Notes under the pieces: generated by a model
What the model saw: the letters and a program-made list of their open reading frames with translations, nothing else
The model's database searches: none
Told to the model about the DNA's origin: nothing
Position numbers and translations under genes: made by a program
Shown: one piece after another, positions 6,973 to 13,961 of the stretch
Numbering within the stretch: position 1 is the first letter of the stretch
How the letters are laid out: every line of letters starts with the position of its first letter
Virus record (IMG/VR): IMGVR_UViG_3300045996_004585
Span: 65,334-81,563 of that record
Length of the DNA: 16,230 nt
Strand: one strand, 5' to 3'
DNA from: a virus
Taxonomy: Duplodnaviria > Heunggongvirae > Uroviricota > Caudoviricetes

Positions 6973-9282
6973 TTGTTTACCAAATATGCAACTGTCGAAC
7001 AAATCCTTGAAGTGAAGACAGCGCCACAGCGCTTGACGCATCAATACGGTGAAGAGCCTGGACTGAAGTTCGCTAAGTTCGCAGCGATGGACGACATGAA
7101 GACGGAAGATGGCTATCTTTACGTCCGTTGTCGCGCCATCTCTTCCCGAGTCAACAAGAACAATGATGGTTGGCCCGCAGAAGAGTTGATGAAGGCTGCG
7201 CATACGTTCATCGGTAAGCCCATCTTCGTAGACCACAACAATGATGACCCTCGCAGAACGCGCGGAGTCATCATTGACTCTGTGGTTCACACTGAAGACC
7301 CTGAGAAGGTGTCAGCTTTTGATGAGTACTACGCCTCTGCGCCCGAGAACCACACGCCGCCCACCTGGATCGAGCTACTTCTAGAGATTGATGGCGAGAC
7401 GTATCCTAAGCTAGCTGACGCCATCCGCAAGGGTGACATCGATGCTGTCTCCATGGGAGCTAACATCGAGAAGTCGGTCTGTTCTGTATGCGCCAATGAG
7501 GCTGCTACGCCTGCCGAGTACTGCAACCACATCAAACAGAAGGGCATCGAGTTCGAAATCGAGTCCAACACTGGCGAGCGTGTACGCAAGAAGGCATACG
7601 AGGATTGTTACGGCGTCAGCTTCTTCGAAATCTCCAACGTCTTCGATCCGGCTGACGAAACTGCCGACATCCTACACCATAGTGATGAGAAGATCGAGCA
7701 GCTTGCAAAGGCTGCTGGCGTTCAGTTCGAAGAGATGGCAACCTACCTTGCCTCTAAGGGTGAGTACGCCCCCAGAGAGCTTACACGCTCTCCTGGACGC
7801 CTTGCTGTTGCTGCCGCTACTGGCGAGAAGGTGTCTGTAGAGGATTGGAAGAAGAACGTCAAGGTTGCGATGGAGCATCTCGCTGATAATCCGTTGAGGC
7901 AGTTCATGTCTCCGTTGAATCAGTCCGAGCCTGCCTCCCCTAACCGTAACTACGTTCCACAGCACGATATGGTGACAGCGCCACAAGAAGTCAACACCCT
8001 TCGTGATGAAAACACTTGTCCGACATGTCGCTCTGCGAACATGGAGGCTGACACAGACGGCATCATGTCTTGTCCTGTATGTGGGCATGTACAAGAGCCA
8101 GACCCACTAGATAATCCTGACCTAGGTATGGCACGCGATGTTGACCTACGCCAGAACGTCACAGAGGATGTCACCCCCGAGGGTGATGCCTCAGCGCCAG
8201 CGAGCGACCCGCTGGATTCAATCGAATTCTCAACAAGTCCGCAGGTTGCTGCTAGAAAAGCGGGTATAACAGATGAGGGAATTAGTGAGATGTTCACAAC
8301 AAAACTTCGCACCACGTCAAAGGAAGAGGCCGACAAGCTGTTGCCCGTCAAGGTAGCAAGGCTTGAGACTAAGCTAGGCGCTGGCGTAACTCGCGCCCAC
8401 TACAAGGCCGCTCAGGAAGCTGGCATCAGCGTCAAGTTGTCTTATCCGGCAGCTATCGATGAAGACAGCACGCTAACTGTTCCTGGAAATGACGGTATTT
8501 TCAATCTCTTCTACGCAGAAGAGTCAGCATCACAATTGAAGGTTCCGATGTCAGAGGTACCCATCGTCATTGAGGGTGAGCCTGAGGCAGTCGAGAAGTT
8601 CCAAGAGATTTTGACCACAGTTGCTCCGCGCAAGAGCGCAGCTAAGGAGAAGACCCCGATCCTCGATCAGGAAGCCAAGGTTTCCGATGAGCCGAAGGAT
8701 GAGAAGGTTGTCCAGGATGCCAAGGAGCCTGTTGAGTCTAAGGTAGCCATCACACTTGAGGATGGCCGAGTTGAGCTTGACGGCAAGAAGTACACCCTCG
8801 TTCCAGACGAGGATGAGCCGGAAGAGCCAAAGAGCGAGGCTAAGGATGAGGACGAACAAGAGTCTGCTGAAGAATCTCCTGCTAAGGAAGATGAGAAGGA
8901 AGACAAGCAGGAAGAGCCAAAGGCAGATGAAGCCCCATTCGAAGACCCAAAGTCTGAAGAAAAGCCAGCCGAAGACCGCGAGGCTAAGTTGCTCGCAGCA
9001 TTCAAGCTAGCTGATTTGTCAGTAGAAATGGGCATTGTCGATGTAAATGACAAGATGGCATTCATTGCTGAACTAGAAGAACAAAGCATGGAAGCTATTG
9101 CAGCCCGAGAAGCAACATTGAATTCAGTAAAGACTGCTGGACTTGCTAAGCGCACCGCCAAGGTTCCCGGTGGAATCAAGCGCGTACCTCGTCTCGCACA
9201 TTCAGCAACGCCACTTGGCGTTAGCGGGAGTAATAACGGATCAGTTGGAAATGGCTTAGAGGATAGCGATATCTTTCTTTAA
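6973..9282 (+). CDS. Capsid maturation (prohead) protease fused to zinc ribbon and acidic scaffold-like region (769 aa)
   Basis: TTG start with GGAG RBS. Protease-like motifs RAISSRVNKNNDGW, FIGKPIFVDHN (His), DAVSMG (Ser) and FFEISNVFDPAD fit HK97/assemblin-fold prohead serine proteases. CSVC..YCNH insert, CPTC..CPVC at 8017-8082, E/K/D-rich C-terminal third. Lies two genes upstream of the major capsid gene. Confidence 0.8.
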   Translation: MFTKYATVEQILEVKTAPQRLTHQYGEEPGLKFAKFAAMDDMKTEDGYLYVRCRAISSRVNKNNDGWPAEELMKAAHTFIGKPIFVDHNNDDPRRTRGVIIDSVVHTEDPEKVSAFDEYYASAPENHTPPTWIELLLEIDGETYPKLADAIRKGDIDAVSMGANIEKSVCSVCANEAATPAEYCNHIKQKGIEFEIESNTGERVRKKAYEDCYGVSFFEISNVFDPADETADILHHSDEKIEQLAKAAGVQFEEMATYLASKGEYAPRELTRSPGRLAVAAATGEKVSVEDWKKNVKVAMEHLADNPLRQFMSPLNQSEPASPNRNYVPQHDMVTAPQEVNTLRDENTCPTCRSANMEADTDGIMSCPVCGHVQEPDPLDNPDLGMARDVDLRQNVTEDVTPEGDASAPASDPLDSIEFSTSPQVAARKAGITDEGISEMFTTKLRTTSKEEADKLLPVKVARLETKLGAGVTRAHYKAAQEAGISVKLSYPAAIDEDSTLTVPGNDGIFNLFYAEESASQLKVPMSEVPIVIEGEPEAVEKFQEILTTVAPRKSAAKEKTPILDQEAKVSDEPKDEKVVQDAKEPVESKVAITLEDGRVELDGKKYTLVPDEDEPEEPKSEAKDEDEQESAEESPAKEDEKEDKQEEPKADEAPFEDPKSEEKPAEDREAKLLAAFKLADLSVEMGIVDVNDKMAFIAELEEQSMEAIAAREATLNSVKTAGLAKRTAKVPGGIKRVPRLAHSATPLGVSGSNNGSVGNGLEDSDIFL

Positions 9283-9320
9283 GCCAAGAAACACTATAAA
9301 CCTTATCTCAACACGATTAG

Positions 9321-9331
9321 TAATAGTTGAG
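9321..9331 (+). promoter_or_regulatory. Candidate late-promoter motif (copy 2, TAATAGTTGAG)
   Basis: In the intergenic gap before the decoration/capsid genes; overlaps the RBS GAGGGAG. Confidence 0.6.
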
Positions 9332-9347
9332 GGAGACTTTTAAAACT

Positions 9348-9884
9348 ATGATTAGATCAAATAATGCAGCAAGAGTAGGACAGAAGCGCACGATCCGCCC
9401 GCTATACGCATGGCACAGTGCGGTTCCCTACGCTTGCTTCCTAGACGTAACCACTGGTGCGATTGCGGGTACGAAGGCGATTACGTCTTCTGACTACGTA
9501 TTCCCCGGTCAGGTAGCCGTCAAGACGACAGGCGAGCAGATGAGGCTTGCGATTGGTCAGGCAGCGACACCCGCTTTCGGACTATTCAACAACTTCATCG
9601 GCGGCGTCATGGACGAGCTTGGTGGCGGCACGGAAATCGGCGTATGGGTCGGTGGCCGTGATTCAGTATTTGAGGTTCTCAAAGGCCCGAACGCTTCTGA
9701 GACTCCGCTTGCTGATGGTGTAACATGGACTTCGTTGAACGCGACAGTAGGTGGTGTAGCACTCTTCAGTGATGCATCAGGTCGCCTAACGAACACAGCA
9801 GGTACAGGACTACGAGTCGCTCGACTTATTGAAGCCGTAAGCGATAGCAAGATCATCCTACAGCTTGATCTAGCGACGGCATAA
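9348..9884 (+). CDS. Capsid decoration (cement) protein, Bxz1/cluster C-like
   Basis: Start revised to ATG 9348 (RBS GAGGGAG 9329-9335). QKRTIRPLYAWHSAVPYACFLD, VWVGGRDSVFEVL and VARLIEAVSDSKIILQL match my recollection of the decoration protein preceding the MCP in cluster C mycobacteriophages. Position and size fit. Confidence 0.8.
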   Translation: MIRSNNAARVGQKRTIRPLYAWHSAVPYACFLDVTTGAIAGTKAITSSDYVFPGQVAVKTTGEQMRLAIGQAATPAFGLFNNFIGGVMDELGGGTEIGVWVGGRDSVFEVLKGPNASETPLADGVTWTSLNATVGGVALFSDASGRLTNTAGTGLRVARLIEAVSDSKIILQLDLATA

Positions 9885-9899
9885 GGGAGATTGATAAAG

Positions 9900-10868
9900 A
9901 TGTTTGATCCTAACAGAAAGGCCGTCAAGAGCGATGACTTCGTAGCAAAGCTAGCAGGAGTACCAAAGCTTTCTGACGAGCAAAAGACAGCTAAGCTTCA
10001 GCAAATCTGGAACAGTGACAACGACGCTACCAAGCGCGGAGCATTCCGTCGCATCGGTCAGGGTATGATTGGCCCGATTCAGATCAAGTTGAAGTATGAA
10101 GGAATTGGTCGAAACATTCTAGTGGAAGACCCGCTAGAGCGTGGATTCCCGATGCCATATGAGGTTCTTGACGATCTTGGTCAGGCGTACATTCTTAACC
10201 AGACTGACGCCGAAGTCAAGACGACACCCTTCGAAGGCAAGTGGGTTCCGCCGACGCTCTTCCGCATCGCTTCATTCCCGTACATCCGCAAGGAAGACTT
10301 GTACTTCCTACGTGCCAACCTAGTTGAGCATGCGCAGGAGATGACGCGAGAAGCGATTATGAAGCAGGAGGACGGTCGTCTCTTGACCCTTCTCTCAAGC
10401 GCTATCACGGACTACGGCACCAACGCCGACCACGTAATCACCCCTGATCACGTTGTCGAGATTGGCGCAGGTAACCCGCTCGATATCGTAGACTTCTACG
10501 ACGCAGTTTCACGAATCCAGCTTCACGAGTTGGAGGTAAGCCGAGTCCTCTTGAACCCGGTCGATCTTCGTGACTTGTACACCTGGGATGTCAACGTAAC
10601 TGGTTGGAACTTCAAGGATCGCGTTGTTGGTGGAGACACCATCACGCAGTTCGGTGAGTTTACCTTCCAGACGAGCATCATGGTGCCGCAGGGAACGATC
10701 TTCTTGGTTCCAGAGCCGAACTTCCTAGGCGTCATGCCCATCATGTACAGCCTGGACGTGGAAGAGAACAACCAGATCGAGCAGTTCCGTCGAGGTTGGG
10801 TATTCGATGAGCTTATCGGCATGATGGTTCTTAACCCACGCGGTCTAGCAGCTATCAAGAAGGTGTAA
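9900..10868 (+). CDS. Major capsid protein (HK97 fold), Bxz1/cluster C-like
   Basis: Start revised to ATG 9900 (RBS AAGGGAG 9883-9889). GQGMIGPIQIKLKYEG, VLDDLGQAY, TPFEGK, LFRIASFP.I.KEDLY, MYSLDVEE.N and GWVFDELIGMMVLNPRG closely match the Bxz1-type MCP as recalled. Confidence 0.92.
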   Translation: MFDPNRKAVKSDDFVAKLAGVPKLSDEQKTAKLQQIWNSDNDATKRGAFRRIGQGMIGPIQIKLKYEGIGRNILVEDPLERGFPMPYEVLDDLGQAYILNQTDAEVKTTPFEGKWVPPTLFRIASFPYIRKEDLYFLRANLVEHAQEMTREAIMKQEDGRLLTLLSSAITDYGTNADHVITPDHVVEIGAGNPLDIVDFYDAVSRIQLHELEVSRVLLNPVDLRDLYTWDVNVTGWNFKDRVVGGDTITQFGEFTFQTSIMVPQGTIFLVPEPNFLGVMPIMYSLDVEENNQIEQFRRGWVFDELIGMMVLNPRGLAAIKKV

Positions 10869-10870
10869 TC

Positions 10871-11113
10871 ATGGCTCAAGGTTCTAACAGCGCAGGCACA
10901 CGCGACACCCGAGTAGACCGTCCCAGTGAGGGTCTACCGGGAGTTGCTACCGCCGAGAATCCTACGGCGAACCCTCCCACGAGGGCTACCCAGGACATCG
11001 GTAAGGCACTACCCCGCACGCAGCCTCGTGTACGTGCAAACATTGACACGAGCGGTACGTCAGGACTTCAGCAAGCTGATGACGTAAAGCGCGGAGAACC
11101 GAACGCTTGGTAA
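10871..11113 (+). CDS. Small low-complexity hypothetical protein (80 aa) directly after the MCP
   Basis: Starts 2 nt after the MCP stop, with AAGGTG RBS-like sequence inside the MCP end. Rich in T/R/P/G; ends just before the terminator. Confidence 0.7.
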   Translation: MAQGSNSAGTRDTRVDRPSEGLPGVATAENPTANPPTRATQDIGKALPRTQPRVRANIDTSGTSGLQQADDVKRGEPNAW

Positions 11114-11135
11114 CCCCGAGTGCAGCGAAATGAGA

Positions 11136-11161
11136 AGAGGGGCGGCTTTTGCCGCCCCTCT
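11136..11161. terminator. Probable bidirectional intrinsic terminator between convergent genes
   Basis: Perfect 11-bp inverted repeat AGAGGGGCGGC-TTTT-GCCGCCCCTCT between the stops at 11113 (+) and 11168 (-). Both flanks are pyrimidine-rich rather than pure U. Confidence 0.85.
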
Positions 11162-11167
11162 CTCGTT

Positions 11168-11356
11168 CTACGGTGCGGTGAGGATCAAATCACCGAGTAG
11201 GTCGATGAGGTTGCGAGCGTGCTTCAACTGCGCAAGGTACGCCTCTTCGTCCTCAGTGATGTCCTGCTTCGTGTCAAGGCGCTGATACTCTGCCTCAACG
11301 TTATCGAAGAGTGCATCAAGAGTCTCTACCGTGCTTCTGTAGGAACCTACGGCCAT
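11168..11356 (-). CDS. Small acidic helical hypothetical protein (62 aa), solitary antisense gene
   Basis: Strong RBS AGGAGG (11361-11366), its own extended -10 promoter upstream and a terminator downstream. Confidence 0.85.
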   Translation of the reverse strand: MAVGSYRSTVETLDALFDNVEAEYQRLDTKQDITEDEEAYLAQLKHARNLIDLLGDLILTAP

Positions 11357-11382
11357 CCAACCTCCTATGTAGTGGTCTATCT

Positions 11383-11393
11383 ATTATAGCACA
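11383..11393 (-). promoter_or_regulatory. Extended -10 promoter (TGTGCTATAAT)
   Basis: Perfect TATAAT (11388-11383) with a TG-n extension and no convincing -35. It sits upstream of the RBS and ATG 11356. Confidence 0.75.
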
Positions 11394-11432
11394 AATCGGC
11401 GTTCGCACATAGTTTTCCGGGCCAACGCCCAC

Positions 11433-11443
11433 TAATAGTCGAG
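11433..11443 (+). promoter_or_regulatory. Candidate late-promoter motif (copy 3, TAATAGTCGAG)
   Basis: Lies where + strand transcription must restart after the 11136 terminator; 52 nt before ATG 11496. Confidence 0.65.
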
Positions 11444-11495
11444 ATACGCCTGCCATATCTCAATCCAATTCAGGCAGGAAGTCAGGGAAATTGAA

Positions 11496-12002
11496 ATGGC
11501 ACAGAAGAACGAAGATACGCTATATGTAAGGAACGCACGACCGAATTCACTGGTAATTCGTTACGCAGGAACTCGACAGTTGCTTGGCCATCGAGGAAGC
11601 CGCACCGATTCTTGGGCACTTCCGAGAGAGGCAGAGAACGATCAGACGATTGCACGTTGGTTGAAGAGCGGTCATCTGGAAAAGATTAGCAAGGAATCGT
11701 ACATGAAGTTGAGCGCACGCACGATTGATGTGCTGCCGAACGAGTACCTTGAGAAGCGCCTACGCCAGCGCAATGGCCTAGACGTTAAGATGAGTCCGGC
11801 TGATGCCGACACCACACGTACTCTAACACAGATTACTGACGGCGACGTTCACAAGCAGGTTCGGGACACTGTATCTCCCAAGTGGGCAGGCGAGTTGATG
11901 ACCACTGAGGAAGAGCTAGAGTCCACTGAATTCGAAACACAGCAGGCAGACTACCCGAGTCACCACCGTGACTCAGAAGCCCGTCGCCAGATGGGTTACT
12001 AG
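11496..12002 (+). CDS. Hypothetical protein (168 aa), capsid-neighbourhood
   Basis: Folded-looking N-terminus (LYVRNARPNSLVIRYAG...IARWLKSGHLEKI) with a more disordered C-terminus. In operon orientation, downstream of the late motif. Confidence 0.8.
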   Translation: MAQKNEDTLYVRNARPNSLVIRYAGTRQLLGHRGSRTDSWALPREAENDQTIARWLKSGHLEKISKESYMKLSARTIDVLPNEYLEKRLRQRNGLDVKMSPADADTTRTLTQITDGDVHKQVRDTVSPKWAGELMTTEEELESTEFETQQADYPSHHRDSEARRQMGY

Positions 12003-12009
12003 GAGAAAA

Positions 12010-12942
12010 ATGGCAACTAAGGAAGAGCTACTAGAGAAGAATCTAGACGACCTTAAGGAGATGGCGAAGGAAGCCGACCTTAAGGGTCGTTCTAGCATGG
12101 GCAAGGAAGAGCTAGCCGAGGCGCTTGCTGATGGTGGTTCTTCCGATGAGGCAGAGGTTGAGGCTGAGGCCAAGGCTGATGACGGCGAGGATCATGACGC
12201 ACCTTTGGGTCACGATTCCGCAGCCTCTGATGCATCCGACCAAGACGTAGTTGACGAACTGTCACCGTCAGGCAAGGAAGCATTCGAAGAGATGGGCGAC
12301 GTAGCTGCACATGAGGCTGACCTTGCGCTCGACGCAAGTGGCCCGCTGCACCTACAGTCACCGCATGATCGCATCATGACCGGGGCAGTCTCAGAAGAGC
12401 ATGCCAAGGAGCAAGAGGAAGCGCTTGCAGATCGCCCCGAAGACGGCGCATATGCTGGCGAGGTTACTGAAGCAGGATTCAGCGAAGACGGTTCATTTTC
12501 ACACTTGAAGTCTGAGGACGAGCAAGCTGTCTCTGATCCTGACAAGACCAAGGGTGAGCTTCGCGCCGCAGGCGAGCTTAAGCAGGAAGACGTTATCGAC
12601 TATGAGGCATACCGCGAGGATGCTGATGAGGCCGATGAAGAGTTTGACGCTTCTGCAAAGCTAGCACAAGGTGCAGGCTTCGGCAATTCTGACGTAGCAG
12701 GTGGCGGCGAGTACGCACGCCCGTATGGTCAGAAGGCAGTCTTCTACACGGACGGTCTAGGTGGAGCCGCAGAGCAGAACCTAGAGCGCGCGTATGAGAT
12801 TCCCGAGCTTCTACAGTCTAACGATCCTGTAGTCCGCGAGGCTGGCGATGAGTCAGACTCTGAGGGCAAGGAAATGTCAGACGAAGACAAGCAGGAAGCC
12901 GAGGAAGTCAAGGAAGGCTCACGTCAAGAGTCTGACGAGTAA
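12010..12942 (+). CDS. Rho_N/HeH-domain protein with long acidic tail (310 aa)
   Basis: Start revised to ATG 12010 (RBS AGGAG at 12001-12005). ELLEKNLDDLKEMAKEADLKGRSSMGKEELAEAL fits the Rho termination factor N-terminal (PF07498) helix-extension-helix pattern. About 29% D+E by hand count. Confidence 0.8.
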   Translation: MATKEELLEKNLDDLKEMAKEADLKGRSSMGKEELAEALADGGSSDEAEVEAEAKADDGEDHDAPLGHDSAASDASDQDVVDELSPSGKEAFEEMGDVAAHEADLALDASGPLHLQSPHDRIMTGAVSEEHAKEQEEALADRPEDGAYAGEVTEAGFSEDGSFSHLKSEDEQAVSDPDKTKGELRAAGELKQEDVIDYEAYREDADEADEEFDASAKLAQGAGFGNSDVAGGGEYARPYGQKAVFYTDGLGGAAEQNLERAYEIPELLQSNDPVVREAGDESDSEGKEMSDEDKQEAEEVKEGSRQESDE

Positions 12943-12969
12943 CCTCTCGCACACAGCCAAAAAGAGTTG

Positions 12970-13006
12970 AGGGACGGCCAGGTGCCGTCCCTTACTTGTT
13001 TGTGTT
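12970..13006 (+). terminator. Intrinsic terminator
   Basis: 9-bp stem AGGGACGGC-CAGGT-GCCGTCCCT (12970-12992) followed by TACTTGTTTGTGTT, 27 nt after the 12942 stop. Confidence 0.85.
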
Positions 13007-13020
13007 GATATTCCAGGCCG

Positions 13021-13031
13021 TAATAGGTGAG
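13021..13031 (+). promoter_or_regulatory. Candidate late-promoter motif (copy 4, TAATAGGTGAG)
   Basis: Immediately downstream of the terminator and 54 nt upstream of ATG 13086. Confidence 0.65.
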
Positions 13032-13085
13032 CGGTACCACTTGCGTAGTGGGGCAAACCGAAACTAGACAACGCTCAGAGGAAAT

Positions 13086-13931
13086 ATGCCAACAAATGTA
13101 GACATTAGAGGATTAGACAGGCGCGGCTTCCGTATCAAGAATGCAGGTGGTTCACAAGCTGCCGTCAAGAAGGGCAGCGGCACAGTGTCCGTTGATATTG
13201 ACGACGCCAAGGTGGCGCAGCAGCTAATCCGTAACAAGAGCCAGTGGGTTCGCGCGTCATCTGACAGCGTAACCGTGCGAGGCTTGACGAGTACTAACAC
13301 GGGCGGTTCAGCACAGCCGTTCGCAGGTTTCCGTGGTGGTTCAGCTAACACGCTCACCATCGGTACATCCAACGCGGCAGTAACGTATGCTGCAAAGTCG
13401 AATTCAAGCGGTACGATCAGGGTAGCACATGTCGTCTCTGGTGGTACTGTTGCGCGCTCTATTGTCGTATCCGGCAATGATATCACTGTCAACCCGGCAA
13501 CGACAGCGGGTGCGGTCAACGGATCAGAGACAGCTACGGCAATCGCCGCAGCGGTCAACGCTAATGCTTCAGCTTCTGCCCTTGTAACAGCTACAGCGGG
13601 CGGCACAGGTGCAAGCGTTGTTGTTGCTGGCGCACTCGCCGCCTTGGCTGGTGGCGCTACAGCACGAGTCCGTGCAGGCACTGGCGCAGCGGTCAACATC
13701 GCAGATGCGCAGGAGGCACGTCGCCTTCGCCGCAACCGAGCCAACTTCATCGTAGGCTCTTCTAACCTCATCTCTATCAAGGGTCTTGACGACCGTGGCT
13801 TCCGAGTGAAGAACTCAGGCGGAACGCTCGCAATGGTCAAGCGTGGTGGAGCAGCAGTAACAGTTAACGTGGACGACGGAAACGTACAGCGCGTTCTCCG
13901 CGAACATAACGGACATTGGATCGAGGCGTAA
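13086..13931 (+). CDS. Ala/Gly-rich putative structural protein (281 aa): three ~53-aa repeats with an inserted domain
   Basis: RBS AGAGGA. Repeats share [IV]xGL..(R)GFR. The central insert contains ITVN.AT....TATAIAAAVNANASASALVTA...GTG.......LAGG, which recalls the insertion domains of contractile tail-sheath proteins. Confidence 0.8.
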   Translation: MPTNVDIRGLDRRGFRIKNAGGSQAAVKKGSGTVSVDIDDAKVAQQLIRNKSQWVRASSDSVTVRGLTSTNTGGSAQPFAGFRGGSANTLTIGTSNAAVTYAAKSNSSGTIRVAHVVSGGTVARSIVVSGNDITVNPATTAGAVNGSETATAIAAAVNANASASALVTATAGGTGASVVVAGALAALAGGATARVRAGTGAAVNIADAQEARRLRRNRANFIVGSSNLISIKGLDDRGFRVKNSGGTLAMVKRGGAAVTVNVDDGNVQRVLREHNGHWIEA

Positions 13932-13942
13932 GCCTCGATCCA
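13917..13942 (+). terminator. Stem-loop at the end of 13086..13931 (U-tract-less terminator or RNA structure)
   Basis: Perfect 11-bp inverted repeat TGGATCGAGGC-GTAA-GCCTCGATCCA. The GNRA loop contains the TAA stop; no U-tract follows. Confidence 0.5.
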
Positions 13943-13961
13943 TCTCCCAAGAGAGGAAGTC

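Noticed and set aside
7329-9179. Several minus-strand and alternate-frame ORFs inside the protease-scaffold gene (e.g. 7950..8351, 8551..8859, 8667..9179)
   Set aside because: Antisense or out-of-frame shadows of a well-supported gene.
1121-9282. Intein or homing endonuclease insertion as the explanation for the two very long ORFs
   Set aside because: No Cys/Ser-start with His-Asn-end splice motifs, and no LAGLIDADG or HNH signature seen.
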